A DNA stretch of 51,330 nt, the filler included, from Streblomastix strix (Eukaryota): the NCBI GenBank assembly GCA_008636045.1. It is 3 parts of 3 records of this genome, joined end to end, with 100 filler letters (N's around TTAATTAATTAA, not from the genome) between each part and the next. Parts side by side here need not be neighbours in the genome. Positions count along the whole stretch, not along the records: positions 1 to 17,046 come from SNRW01000733.1; 2 more parts are not named here. One strand, written 5' to 3'. The translations under genes and the position numbers were made by a program. Positions 1 to 15,500 of the stretch are shown here, in pieces. The notes beneath the pieces were generated by a model. The model saw nothing but the letters and a program-made list of their open reading frames with translations. It had not been told where the DNA came from and did no database searches. Numbering within the stretch: position 1 is the first letter of the stretch; every line of letters begins with the position of its first letter.

Positions 1-189
1 TTCAATGAGTAAAACTTGAAATTCTGGATTTATAAATGTAAAAATTGGTTATGGGGTCTAGGCTTCCGCTGATAATAATATATATGAAAAAAAAGGGGAT
101 GATTGAATATAATAAAAAATAAGGAATTATAACTAATAAATAAAGCAAAGCTAATTATTATTATTGTGACTTATAAAAATATAATTCAA

Positions 190-967
190 TCTCTCCCCAA
201 TATCGAACAGTCTTTTCATTATCTTCCTTAGTTATATTCAATTAAGCGTTGTATGAATAATAATTAATAGATAAATAAATAATTTAATATTAAATATTAT
301 CATTAATTAATATTAAATATAATATTGGAAATAAATATAAATTAAAATTTTATAAAAAATTTATACTTCCAACATCCCAAGAGGGTCCTTTGTCAGTGGC
401 AAAAGAACAAGATGCATCAGCAATATCAATGCTTTTAATATAAATAAAATATATAGTGAATAGAAATAAAGAATAAAAATATTATAATTATCATTCATTC
501 TCATATTTATATTTATTAATTCTTACTAATATACCTCTTGTTCATCATCCAATATTTTAAAAGACAATTTCTATTCTAACCATTCCTTTGTTTATTACTG
601 GATATATTGCTATTGTACATCAATCATTATTCTCATCAGAATGAATAAATTTATTTCCTTCATATTTTCCTTATTTTGATTTTTTAATTATGAAATTTGG
701 TGTAATTCGATCTGAAGATTAATGAATGTTTTAAAATAATTAATAAAAATAAAATAATTTATTATAATTTATTTATTTATTCATACTAATAGACAATATT
801 ATTTTATCAAATCTAGGATGTTCTAAAAGTTTATAAATATTTTTGCATGAAACAAGAAACTATTAGACATCTTGTGGAAGGGCCTTCTCAGATTAGAGTT
901 CAAGTAAAATATATTCTCCCAATCCTAACAGAGTTCCATCTACATTATATTCTCTTGCATGTTCCAT
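190..967 (-). pseudogene. SPRY/B30.2-like multi-exon gene, probably a pseudogene (in-frame TGA at 620-622, 545-547, 542-544); 3' end uncertain
   Basis: With TAR=Gln: MEHAREYNVDGTLLGLGEYILLELQSEKALPQDVQQFLVSCKNIYKLLEHPRF..., then NKFIHSDENND*CTIAIYPVINKGMVRIEIVF, IADASCSFATDKGP, NEKTVRYWGE; GT-AG introns. Family call is by motif recognition. Confidence 0.55.
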
Positions 968-1687
968 TAATGCGTTTCTGAGTCAAAGATTTAAAAATAA
1001 TAAAAATAAAAAGTTAATAAAAAAAATTGGAAATTTGTTTAAAAAAAAGGTTTGGATAGAGAAAGAAAGTTTAAATGATTATAAAAATTTCATTGTTTTT
1101 AAGAGATAATTATAAAAAAAGAAAGTTTTTATCTTGAATCCCTTTTAAAAGTAAGAGATGTTTATGGATTAAAATAAATTGATATTTTATTAAATATCTT
1201 AAAATTATTTATTTTAAAATAAAATTTTATTGTTTGAAATACGGATATTCATGAGTAAATTGCAAATTATGATGTAAAAATTGTTTTAGCATCAGATTGG
1301 GCAATAGCATGTGCTAACCAAACATGTAATATAAAAACTCATTTAAAATATTGCAATTGAAAACATATTTGCTAGTAATACAATAATAGAAATAGTAAGT
1401 CGAGCGCAAATTTGTAAAAAAATAAAATCACTCTCCAAGTTCAAATTACGTTTAGACATGATGCTATCTGGCATTAACAGAGTGCATACTATACATAAGA
1501 AAATTTCCAGTGCGATTTTTAAAAGTTTTACATCAACAATTTTGATATTTTAATTTGATTAAGTTATTATTATATTAGATATTGGAAAATTATTAAAGTT
1601 TAAACTGTTGTTTTGGATAGTGATATGTTTAATAGAACAAGAAAGAAAGTATTAGGAAGACTAAAACAAATATTCCTGCTAATATTA

Positions 1688-4600
1688 TCAGAGTGGTTGT
1701 GAGCTATCGTTAAACATTTAGAAAAATATCTCGTTCTCATTGTTGCTGACATTGGACATCTATTCAGTTATGAATCCTCCATTTCTCAAGCATTAATCAT
1801 TATCTATAAAACAGAGAAATAACAATTATTTAATATTAATATAATATTTTGAAATAAACAGAATAATATATATTTTCACACCTCCAGCATGAGAAATACT
1901 TCGAAGTGCTATAGCTATTAATCCCTTAATTCGATTTTTTCGACTTATTCGTCCTTTTATTTCCAGCTTTTCTTTTTCATTTGTAGTATTTTACTCGTCT
2001 TTAGATCGCAGAAGTACTATAAGTGCTGTAATAATATCAGCAAAGTTGAATTAGAATGGTTATGATGATGGTCCTTGAGCAGTTTGATCAGCACTTTCAC
2101 TGTCTGTCGGTTTCTGTGTTGAGTAAGGAAGGGGAATCTATGAACCACAATAAGCGATAATAAACGTGATTGAAAGAAGCCATAAAATTTCTGAACAAAA
2201 ATCTGAGATTTTCAAATTGAATACTGAATTTGTAATGAAATGCGATCCATCTCGCTGCATCTATTCAGAAGCAATGAAAGAAGCAGCTGTCAATGGATCC
2301 AATAGTTGAGTAATGGAAATAGCTTACTCCAATTTGCCTTGTTTTCTCTCAAATTCGTGTCTAATGCGTCTCAGAAGTATTTAGAAAGCCTGCATTAGAG
2401 ACGATGGACCATCTGCTGTAATGAAAACATTTAAATATGGGTTTCCAGCTCCAGCAGTCAGTGCTTGTGTAGTTTTTTGATATTACTAAATTCTGGTCTT
2501 CATTGGACTCATCATCCCTTCTCCATCCATGCCATCAATGAATTTAGACTCTTTTGTCAGATTATTCAATATATCTTCAAGGTCTTAGTCTTATAAAAGA
2601 TGAGATTCACTGATTTTTCGACTGTGAGATGAAGATTAGTTTCTTTTTTTGTCTGATTCTTAATTAGATGAGGATGTTGAAGAAGTTAATTCAATTGAAG
2701 ATTATAAGGCTAATTCAAGTTTCCATTGTTTAAATCCTTCAAATAGAAGCTCAAGAACAATATGTATGCATGTGTGGAGAACTTGGCATGTTTACATTAT
2801 TTCTTCATCAGTCTTCTTTTTTCTGGAAAAAAGCAATTATCTACTTACAGAACGAATGGCATTCAGTAATCCATCAAGAACACAAACTCCTTATTTATTA
2901 CTACCTTTATCATTCTTGTCTTATTCTTACGATGTTCCTACATTCATAACAGTTATTTGTTTACGTGCAATCAGCAGATCAGATATTTTGCATTCCATCT
3001 TATTTTTATCAAATTATTCATCACTTTTATCATTTTTTAATTGTATCTATTTCAAAGCTTAAACAGCAGCCATTCCTTTCACACTCTACCCCATCTTTCT
3101 AGAGAGTATATTATAAACAGCCAAATGTTCCTTCTATATATCTTAGCCAAGTGATACCATCAAATACATATCCAGTTCCAGAGCAAGAGTAGATTGTGAT
3201 TATGAAGTGTTTAGTTATTGTTGATCTACTTTTGCATTTGCATTTGCATTTGCATTTGCATTTGCATTCGGAGTGATGATATTCTTAATATCGATATTGT
3301 GCTCAAACACAGCTTCAGATGCACGAGTTTCAGGATCAGAAACAAGGATTACAGCTTCTGCAATCTGCGATATTAAAGCAAGAGTATTGCACCAATTATT
3401 ACTATCTTATTCACGTTATTATTCATTTTATTCTTTATCTTTTTCTTATTAAGGCTATTGTTATTATTACTCTCCAGATTTATCTGATTCAATCTTATCT
3501 TTATTCAATTTCTACCAATTCTACGACTCTCTCTCGAATCTCACTGTGAAAGCCAAAGCATCAAATAAACCTACTCCAAGAAGTGATGCAATCCATTCTT
3601 TACCTTCTTTGTCAAATTCCTATCCAGAAAAACATCTGCTTGTAATCAATTATATTTTATTCTTTAATGCTTTCAGAGTTGTTATAACTCCACTGAAATA
3701 CTAATTTCTAATATCTTGATTGATTTCAATTTTCTACTAACCTGCTTATTAATTTTTTTATTCTAATTTAAATTATTTTTCATATGCTCTTTATGCTGTA
3801 ATTGCTTAATGTGTTCTGACTATCAAATCTTCAACAAGATCTTAAGGAGGAATGACAGTCAGATAATCAAATTAATCATCTTTCTTATTATCCTTCTCTT
3901 TATCTTTTAATGAAACAATAATTGAACCTGGTTTTTAATTTTGTTTTTATAAGTTTTAAATTTCAACTTATTGAGGAATAATAACAGTATTATCTTTCTT
4001 TACAATAACAGGTTAAGTAGATTATGATGTCTATTATTAAGATTTTGACAAATTTGATTCATTCTTAGATTAATGACGTTAGTGCTTTACTTCATCCTAC
4101 GTTATAGGCATTATTTATTAAGATTGAGTTAATTACTAAATTGGCTGTTATTTATCAACTGAAGATTATTTTCCTTGCAGATTTGTTGTCGATTAGGCAT
4201 TACTTTAGGCCTTTTATGAAATGACATCATCAACACTTTTAATGTTTTTCTCTTTTTCTTTCTCTTTCTCTTTCTTTTTAAGTGTTGTTTTTGTCTTTGA
4301 TTGATCTTCTTTTTCTTAAGATTCTTATTCTTTCTCCTTATTCGCTGCACCAGCAAAATTCTCCTTCACTTATTAATATCCAGATGGTTTGACTCTCAAT
4401 TATTAGATTGGTTAGGATAGTTTCTATAAAAGCGAAGTTATTTGTTTCGATGCAGTACCTCCTTATTAAGCTTGAGCTTCCTTTCCAGTAGATGCACCAC
4501 TGAATGCAGTACTTGGAGTAGGTTAAGGTGTTTGTGTTGGAGTTGGAATTTTGGATTTTTAATTTTCAGTTTCATTAACAGTTTATTAATTATTCAATTT

Positions 4601-7600
4601 ATCTTCATCTTTATCAGATTTTTTATTGTCATTCCCTTTAGAACTTAAAGATCGATGTTTGCTTTTTTCTCTTTATTTTTCTTTTTACTGTTTATCATTC
4701 TCTTCCTCTTCTTCATTTTCTTCTTCTTCCTCCTCCTCTTCATATTCTTCTTCATCGTCATCTTCTTCATCATCATCGTCTTCTTCATCTTCTTCATCTT
4801 CATCTGATTCTGATTCTTCCTCTTCTTCAGATTCTTCGTCTGGTGATAATGAAATATTATCATCATCTTCTTCATAATCATCATCTTCCTCTTCCTCTTC
4901 TTCATTTTATTCTTCCCCATTTTCTTATTTGTTTTACTTTTTCAATTATTTCAATCTATCTCTTTCTTTTTGTCTTTCTTACTTTCTTTTCTCTTTTTTT
5001 ATATTCAACTTCTGTAATGCTCTATCTATTTTCTCTTATCTCTTTAATTCATCATTCCATTTTTTCTTTTTAGACTTCTTTTTCTTTACAACTTTCTCTT
5101 TACCATCTTCTTTTTAATTCTAATTCTTTTTAGGTTTTTCAATTTTTTTTGATCTTTAACTCTCAGAACTATCAGACATCAAACTTGAAGCACTTTATTT
5201 GGTCTTTGATCTTTGATGCTTTACTTGTTTTTAATCTTTGTCATTATCCTTACTTTATCTGCTGCCTTTTCTACCACTCAGCTATTCAGATTCAATTTAT
5301 GCAAATGAGAAAAAGGATAAAGAAGGAATTGGAGTCATTGTTTAATATTGGGAAGATATTGATGAGTGAGGTAAATTGAATGCTTGTGTAGAAAACTGCT
5401 GTATTTACGATGATAATGGAGATTGACTCATTTGAGATGTTGCATTTTTGTTTAATTTATTCCTTCCTTGTGGAGTAGCTGAAGAAAATGAAGAAGATAA
5501 TTATTGTGATAATTAATTTGATATCTACAATTTTAAATTTTTATCTCTTTCATTTCTATTCAAATTTTCATCTTTAATTTTAATAAATCCTTTAATCTCA
5601 TCTTTAGATTATGTTTTATCTTAATTTTATTCCATTTCCTATCTCTAAATCCTTAATTTTTCTCTATCCATCTTTTCACGTTCATATTATCTCTATTACT
5701 CTTTCTCTTTCTCCTTTAATTTCTCTTCATCGGACATATTTGCCCTTCTCTTTTCTTCTTCTTCTTGTCTCTACTGTAATGCTAGTTTAATTTTATCCAA
5801 AAATATCTTCCCTTCGTGTTTGTCTTTTGATTGGTTATCTTATTATTATGCAGTATTTTGAGTAGAAAATTTCACTTTCTATGTTCCACTCATTGTACTT
5901 CCACTACCTTGAGCTTAATTTTTATTAGTAGGTGTATTTAAAACTTAATCTTTTGTATTGCTTGATTTCAAAGCAGATTTCAATGTTCCTTGATTTGTTA
6001 ATGGGTTTGATAATGTAGCACTTTATAAGGAAGGAGATGTTGATTAACCAGGATATAAATTATTTACAGTTAATGAAGGCGAACCGTGTCTATTATATGA
6101 TGGCTGATCTGATATAACGCTCTTAGGGTCAGTAATTGCAAAGAATGAACTTGGGGGAGTTATAAGCATATCAGCTCTAGGAGTTAATACATTAGGTGAA
6201 CTGAGTGATGATGTAGATATCTACAATGTTGCTGATTTATTAATAGGTTTAGCATTTGAAGGAAAAGTTGTTGTTTTAGGGCTCTATTGTGCTTCAATTG
6301 GTGATGCAAGCGAGTGTATTGATGATAACAGAGATGTCTGGTTGTTAGTCAGCCTGTTTGGATATGGAGTTGATTTTCTTTCAATTACATACTCACCATC
6401 ATCAGAATTTGTCACACGATGCAAACTTACACTTCCTTTATCATGTCCTTTAGTAATTTTGCTTTTCTTGCTTAATTAAACTGGTACTGGTTCTTTTTGT
6501 CTGAGCTGTGGAATTGTAACAGTAGTAGCCATTGGTGTACTTGTCGTGTTCTTACTCGAAGCAAGCGATTTTTGTTTTAGTAAAATAGGTTGGGATTATA
6601 ACGATTATTGATTTAGTATATCTCGATCTTAAGAAACGATTTTTTATTTTTCTTATTGTACAAGTTTGCTCATATTCGGTTGTGTTCCACTTTTAGAGGA
6701 GGAAGATAATGAAGATGTTTTTGGATCTGCTTGAGAAGTTGATTTTTATTTCTCTTTATCTTTATCAGAAGTTGACGTATGACTACTTTTTGATTTAATA
6801 GTTTAATCTTTATCTTCATCTTTATTCTTTGAAGAACTTGGTTCTTATTACCAAAGTTGCTTGGATAATTATGATTAGTGTTTTAATGCTTTTGCTTATT
6901 ATTCAGCAGACTCATTACCACTTGGTTGCACATTTTTAGTTGACTTGTCCACATTTTGTGTAATTTTCTTTTTATCAGCAGTTTGAGTTGAAGGTTGTGA
7001 AGGTGTTGGATTTGTTACTAAATTTTAAGTATTTGTTGTTGTTGAAGCTTAACTGACTCGGCTGTTACTCGCATTTGTGACATTCGACTAAAGAGATACA
7101 TTTGATGTTAATGATGCCATTGAGTCTTTCCTGCTGAGGTTGACAGTTTTTTCTGATTATTTGTCTCGATCTCGATTCCTTTCACTTTAATTATCATTAA
7201 CAGCATTTGCATTCGCATTTGCACTGATATTTGCATTTGCATTTGGATTTCTATTCTAAATCATGCTTGTAGGACTCGAAGATTTAGGTAAATACTGCTT
7301 CTATTTGAGTGTAGCTTTCTACACAATCTCAACATAATTATCTTCCTTTTTGATATTCACTCCAACATTTTTGATTTACTGCAATTCTTCCTCAATTTCA
7401 CGTGCAATTTCAGCTTCAATCTCTTCTGCTCTTTCTTTCTGTCTTAATTCGTCTTCTTCAGAGTAATTCGCTTTATAAGGTGGAGGAGGGGGCAAATCCA
7501 TATCATCGTCCATTAATTGGTCTTACTAAGATTAGGATTATTATAATTGTTGCTATTATGATTAAAACACTTATGGTTTAGATGAAGCAGATATATTAGA

Positions 7601-10600
7601 TTAATTATGCTGATGGCGAGTTGAATCTGTTGGTGGTCTGACATCTGCAAGTAGGTATGATCCAGTTATTGGAGGAGTCATTAATCTCAATTCATCTTTG
7701 ATTTCTTATAATCTATCTTTATCCTTTATTATTTTGTCTTTATCTTTAGCTTTATCTTTTGTTTTTTTATTTTCTTTACTTTCTTTTTTAATTTATTATT
7801 CAGATCCATCTAATTCTTATTTCGTTTATTGAGTTGATATTTCTTTTTCATCTGTAAAAAGTTTTTTCTTAATTCTACTCAGCAATCCAGAGTTTTTAAT
7901 TTCTTTTTCATTACCTTTATCTTTATCCTTATCTTTGTCTTTTAATTTATCTTTTTTTTATTTTTCTTTATCTTTCACTTTATCTTTATCAATTTATTAT
8001 TATTCCTTCTATTATTTCAATTGTTCTTCTCTCTATTTATCAAATTGCAAAATATTTGATGAAATTGTCCCACCTCCATCAGATTCATCAGTTTAAACAA
8101 CTTATTCAAGTAACATCTGATGATATTACTCTTAGAAAATTCTCTATTACTCAAACAATGCATTATTTTATGCGCCAGTAAGATCAGATTACTGCGATTA
8201 AGATTGCTTTAATGATTATGGTTGCAATTATCCATCTGCAGGTCTTTCTGTAGTTGATCTTTTATGTAATTTAACTTTAGCAGTTGTACTTGCTATAACA
8301 TCATTAATATCTTTCTATTGAGTACCTTAATTTCTTTAAAGCTCTGCAGATTCAGCTGAAGTTGTATCACTTAATGCACCAGAAAAAAGAGATGTATCTT
8401 ATTCCAACTGTTTCGATCTATCCTTGATACTTTTCCTTGCCAATTCTTATATCTATTACTACAGCTACTACTCCTATAACAAATCTTGCTAGTTCTTCCC
8501 AGTGAATAATTACTATTCAAGAAATACATCTGGAACTTAATTATTACCTCCAATACGATCATGTATCATTCCAAATTCTTCTTCATCGGCTTTTTCTCGA
8601 TCTTGCTCTTTCTTTTCTCTTTCCCATCTCTCTTATGCTGTTTCAGCCAAAACAAACACTCTTTTATTGACACTAGCTAATCCAAGTTGATCCATTTACA
8701 ATCTTCTCTGTTCATCATCTTCTTTTTCTTTCTTTTGACGTTCTTCACGTTCTCTGTCAGCCTTTTCAATTCGTTCAATCTCGACTCGATCAAACATAGA
8801 AGCCACATCATAGTCATCATATCTGTAATTTATTATTATTATTAGTAATAATAATAATAAAATAAAATATTATGAAAATTGTATATGTTATAAAAACAAT
8901 TGTAAATAAATATATATTAAAAACAAAATTATCATTAAAATTAAAAATAATTTATAAAAAACCGATCATTAAAAACAGAATTAACACCACCAGTAATATT
9001 AGATTCATAATCATCCAAATCATTCATCCCAAAAGCCTACGAAATGGCTTAAAAATCAATTGGTCCGTTAATGCCTTAATATAAATTATATAGTTTAAAT
9101 AAAAGAAATTATTAATATAATTTATGCATGAATGTAATTTAATAATAATAAAAATTTATAAAAAAAATATTAATATTAATATGAATTTATTTACTAATAA
9201 ACTAAAATTTTTAAATTAATAAATTACCTCCTTAGACAACTCTTGGTGCTTATGCTCCATTCTAAAGAAATAAATTATGTAATTTTAAATAAATAAAATT
9301 TGAATTATAATAAAATGTATAATATTTTATATATTATAAATTTTGTACCTATTATTCTCTCTATCTTTATCTTTCTTCATATATTTGTCTGTAATCTCTT
9401 TGAGGCCTTCTATCAAATTGATTTACTGGGGTAGCTGGAAAAAATAAAATAAAATAAATGTGTAGAAAATATAAAGAAAATTTAAATTTCATAAATTAAT
9501 ATATTCTAATAATAAATTTAAAAAATTTAATAAATAAATATTTCAGAACCAATATAAAATATGCAAACCTTACATTGGACCATCAATTTCATCGCTCCTA
9601 TCTGCGCGATCAATCAAAGATGATGCTAAATTTAATGCATTGAATAAATCATCAGAAAATGCAGATCGTGTTTGTATTGAAACTGGTTGTGATGCTGGTT
9701 TGGGCTATTATTATTCAGTTGCAACTGTTGAAGCAGCTTATTATTATGGTTGCACTGTAGATGGTTAAGTTAAAGATTTTGTTTATTATTATTCTGAAGA
9801 ATGAGTTGCTTATTATTAAGATTACGGTTATTAAGCACTAGAATCCAACTACCTGTTAGACACTTTTGGTGTAGGAGTTTAAGAATTTGATTCAATAGCT
9901 GTATGTGCAGCACTGAATGCTGTTTGAGGCTGAGATTATATTAGCTTTTCTTTATCTTTCTTTTTATCTTTTTCTTTATCTTTTTCTTATTTCTTTTTCT
10001 CTTTTTCTTTTTCTTTCTTTTTTTTATCTTCTTCCTTCTTTTTCTTATCTTCTTTCTCTTTTTCTAATTATTTTTCCTTTTCTTTCTCTAACTGTTTTTC
10101 CTTCTCTAATTATTTTTCCTTCTCTTTCTCTTTTTATTATTCTTTTTCTTTCTCCAATTGTTTTTCCTTTTCTTTTTCTTTTTCTTTAATCTTTTCTTAT
10201 TCTTTAATCTTTTCTTTTTCCTTCTTTTTATCTTTATCTTTATCCTTAAGTTTTTCTTTCTCTTATTCTTTATTTTACTCTTTATTTTATTCTTTCTCTT
10301 TTTATTTTTGTTTATCATCAACAGTTTTCTTTAATTTACTTGGTGTATTGATTTCGTTTTGTTGTTATTATTCAATTTTTTATTTTTCAATGGCAATTTT
10401 CTTTATTTTTCTCTTTTCTTCCTTTTCTTTATTAAATTATTCCTTCTCTTTCATTTCGTTATATAAAGTCCAATTTAATTATCCAACATAAGTATTGTTT
10501 CTTCCTTTAATGATCTTTATTATTTATTTATATATCTTCTTTACTCTATCTTTAAATTTGAGAAAAACCCACCACGAATACAAAATCATTAACTTTTTCT

Positions 10601-12500
10601 CTTCATATTATTCTTTCACGAGTTGTTTTCTAATTTGTTTTTACTTTTCATTAGCAATTTATTGTTCTTTTTCTAATTTTTTATCTTTTTCTTTCTCTTT
10701 GATCTTCTCTTACTCTTTATTCTCAATTACAGTTGCTCCATCAATAATAGCTTCTTCTTATGAAATTTGTTGTAATTTTGATTTTTGAATTTAATTTTAA
10801 GAATTTAAATTAATAATCTTTATACTTGATGATGATGCAACTTTGATCATAGTATTTGGATTAAGTGGATTGGAACTTTGCAAAATTTTATTCCCATCAG
10901 AATCTTCTGCTTTTTCATCCGATTTTAAAATATCTTTTCCTTATACATATACCTATTATTATTACTATTATTATTCACTTGAATCTTAATTTACTTATTA
11001 CACGTTATTATCTTACTATTAATTGTTGTCCAATTGTTTGGTTGATGCATTTTTAACTTAGGTTCGCATTGGTGATGGAACGCCATCCTTCCAAACCCAA
11101 ACAAATTTTGTCTTCTTTTCTCCATCTTCATCCAACTCAGGATCTTCATCATAATCTTATCCATAATCAAACTATTATACGTTTTATTGTTATTATTATT
11201 AAATGCTTTATTATTAATATTATTGTAATTGTTTTTATTCATTTTATTTCTCATTTTCTTTCTCTTTATCTTTTTCTTAAATTTATTCTTTTTCTTTTTC
11301 TTTCTCAAGTTCTTTTTCTTTTTCTTAAATTTTCTCTTTTTCTTTCTCGAGTTCTTTTTCCTTATCTTTTACTTATTATTACGTTTATTTATCTTACTTC
11401 TCATTTTTCTATGTTATTTATTTTTATTATTCACTTTTACCTTCTTTATCATCAGTAGATTTCATAGAAACTAATTATCCATCCTTCATAACCCATATGA
11501 ATTTAGTTTTCTTTTCTCCATCCTCATCAAGCTCTTGCTCTTGTTATTACTACTATTATAATAGCTAATTATATATCTGTTGCTACTGAATAACTGATTT
11601 TGATTATTCTTTAGTTTTATCTTTCTTGTCCTCCATTCGAGCAGCGTGCTTCTCGTGCATTCGTACATGTGCGGCATATTTATTCTGCTTGAATATAATA
11701 TTGCAATATGGACATTATCTCATCTTATTCTGATCTATCTGATCTGTGCTGTATTCAAAACTTGCATTTTATTATTAATTCTATTATAATTACAACTTTA
11801 AGTTTTCTTTCTCTTTTTCTTTCTCTTGAAGTTGCTGTTATTATTAGTTTGCAGTCTACGATACATATTCTTTCAGTCTTTTCTCCATTTCTTCCTCTTC
11901 TTCTTTCCTTTTTTCATTTTTCATTCTTTCTTCTTCTTTTTATTCATATTTCATCCATCTTTTCCACCAGGATCTTTTTCGTCTGATCTTCTTTTTTCTT
12001 TGAATTGTTTCAATTAAGCCAATTTTATTAATTTTGTTTTTGATGTCTAATTTAACTTTAATTCCAATTAGTCTGTATTTGTATTTCTTTGGTTATTATT
12101 AGATCAATCTTTTGCTACTCTTTTCTTATTTATTATCCAGTTACTAATAATATTTATATTTATCTTTTATTTTAGTCCCATACCACTTAGATAACCAGCC
12201 TTTCCCATCTAATCTTTTCATCCATATATATTTACTAAATCTATTAAATTGCTGTTCCATAAGTTCTTCTTCTTATTATTCATCTTCAATCTATTATTTT
12301 ATTTGTTGAAGCAAATTATTGTTATTTCCTTCTTTTGGCTTTTAATTTTGTAATTCTTTTGTTTTCAATAAATTTTCACTGCTCTTACTATTTTCATTCT
12401 TAATATTATCAATCAAATTTATCTTTCCAAGTTTCCACTTGCTCATCACATTATCTTATAATGGAGGTGATTCAACAGCATTCTCAACTAATGTATTAGC

Positions 12501-12586
<86 letters not shown>

Positions 12587-15500
12587 TTGTTTAATTATCT
12601 TTACTCACACTCGGACTATCTAAATCATTCCAAGAACTCTTCCATTATTCTTTTAATTATTGTGATTGGTTGTATAATGAATATTAATACTGTTATGGTT
12701 AGACAGTAGCTATATCCAGTGAGTTAATGCGTTGGTTTAGTGGAGAGCGTATAAGAGAAAGAATATCAGATTTATTTCTATGATGAGTAATTTTTAGACT
12801 TTAAGGTGTAACTTACAATTATTGTTATTATTAGCCTTTATTTTATTATAAAGACTATACATTTGAAAAAATATCAATTCTTTCTTTCTATTCAGGAGTT
12901 TGGTTATTTTTCATTTAATTAACCATTTCATCGAAAGCTTTTTATCTTTTTTATCTTATTTCAGTCTGATCATTCAAAAATTTCAAAAATCTCTGTGATG
13001 GTGTCAGTTTCTAATCAGTTTTCTATTTTTCTCCACCATCAGTATTATCATCTGATTTTATTAAAATCTATTATTATTACTTCTTATCATTCTGGTTCAT
13101 AATTTACTCTTATATTTATAATTATTGTTAAATAAGTTTATCTACTTTATTTTGGATTTTCGCTTGATTGAATATTTTCTGCTGTTATTCGATGAACAGT
13201 TTTCTTTTCTCTTCTTGATCAATAAGTGCTTTTGAAGATTAAATTAGTTCTTTTTCACTTTTTATTAATAATTAATTACTGTCTTATCGACTAATTAAAG
13301 ATATTTTAGGTTTGTCACTTTTAATGTTATCATTACTTAATTGTTATAACTAAGGTTGGGATGATGAAATTTCTAAAGATACGGCTTTGTTTTTAATTTG
13401 TGTTAGTTGAGGGGATGAACCAAATGTACTTTGAATTAGTGGAGGCGATTTGCTTTATAAAAGCTTTTAATGTTATAATTACTGCAATTAGTACTAATTG
13501 TATTATTGTGGAGATAGTAAGTTAAATTGGGATGATTGGTTGTAATTGTCTATTAAGCTATTGTAATTATCAATCTCGTTTCCAAATTCATCAAATTATA
13601 TCATGCGTTTCATGTGAGCCTGCATTGCATTATAATTAAAAAAGTTATAAAAATACAACACAAACAAATTTATAATTAATTAAATTATCATAAATATAAA
13701 TATTATTCATGAATTTTAAATATATCATTTATTATTTAAAAACATAATATATTTATTAAAAATTTTTATTAATTTTTTTATATTAAATACCTGCATTCCA
13801 GAAGTATAACTATTATTTCTTTAATGTTAAATATTTCTGCCAACAAGAATTGCAATCCCTAAATTATAATTAATATTATATTATACAAATTAAGAATTAT
13901 AATGAAATAATTCACGTAATTTAATTAATATTTAATAAAATTAATTTATAAAATAAAACTATCATTTATTCTATAATAATTTCAAACCTTCATTCAAATT
14001 AATAATCTTAGGAGTTTTAGGAGTAATGGTTGTTCCAACGGCAGAATTCTATTTTGAAGGTGTCAGAAATAATTAACTCTGCTATAATATTGATGGTGAT
14101 TGTGCATTACCAGCAACTTCTATATTGGTTGTTTTACTTGGTTGTGGACTCTTGGATACATTTTATTATAGCTGTTATTAATGCTAAGGTTTTTTAGGAC
14201 TATTTTAGTGTAGATTGTAGAATTATTACTATGAAATTGGACTTTAAGTTGGTGCAGGTGATTTAGAAGGTTAATTAGACAAAAATTATTGATTTTACTA
14301 CGTGGTTGGACTTAATGGTGAAAATAATTGATATTTTTATTGTGTGTATTGTTAGCTCGGAGATTGTGGTAGTAATAACGCTTGTTTCTGTTATGTTTAC
14401 AATATTTGCAATTAATGAGTAATTCTTTTCTGTTCATCTGTATGTTTGAGTGAGTTTTATGGTGAAATGGTTTGTTAGATAGATTTATCCTCTTTAGAAG
14501 GTGCTTGCTGTATTTAATACTCTGGCTCTGAAGTATATTGTAAAACATTGTGAAATAAAGAGTCAAAAGAAAATTAATATATTTATAAATATAACAAATA
14601 ATAAAAATTTAATTAATATATAAAAAAAAACTCATATATAAAAACTCATATACACACCTTTTACTCCCAAATATCTCTCAGCAGTTTCAAAATTCAAATA
14701 TCTGAATGAAGGATATTTTGCATATTTCTTCTTTTTATCCAAAGTTGATAATTTCAATGATTATTATAATTGTTATTATTACTAATCAATTCTGAAAAAT
14801 GGGTGAGCAAGAACTTCTTTAACTGTCTTGAAACGCTTGATTTGTAGTTCTTTGCTGATTTAATTGTTCTCTTTCTCTTTGTTTCTGATGGGAACTGGCA
14901 TACGAAGGAGGAAGTCATCATATTCAGTAGATAATTTGCGAACTATGAAATAATTAATTAATAAAAATGATAATCATTTGTAAAAATATATAAATTTTAT
15001 CTTTTAAATTAATAATAATAATGAATATATAATTTAAATCCTTACCTTATCCTTCGACTTAGCTCCCAATCATCAGAGTATGAATGATCTTTATCATCAA
15101 ATACAAATCATCCTCTACAATTTACTCAGTTGTAATATACCCAGTACTCTCTTCACTTTTCTATTTCTTATTATCTTTGCTCTTTTCACTCTCATTATCA
15201 GATTCATTATCATCATCGCTTTTATCAACTAATCCAACACCAATCAATTTGCATATCACATATTTTCTTTTCTTTTTGATATCTGGAACTTTATTTTATT
15301 AATCTTTATCCTTTAAATTATCAATCTTTTCAATATCTTCTTCTTCTTCGCATTTTAAAACAATATCTTTGGAATGGATGGGTCTATTGTTTGTATACAT
15401 AGATGAATGAAGTAAAATAATAAGAATATAATTAGATTAATATTAATTTATTTTTCAATTATAAATATATTATAAAACCTGTGAAAGAGGTTAGTGGAAT

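Noticed and set aside
12502..12585. (TAA)n read as poly-Gln, a stop array or a telomere-like repeat
   Set aside because: The flanking reading frame makes it AAT, i.e. poly-Asn, inside a coding exon.
2766..15302. Many short Phe/Leu/Ser- or Lys-rich ORFs in the supplied track
   Set aside because: Antisense or off-frame shadows of the giant minus-strand gene, produced by using the standard code.
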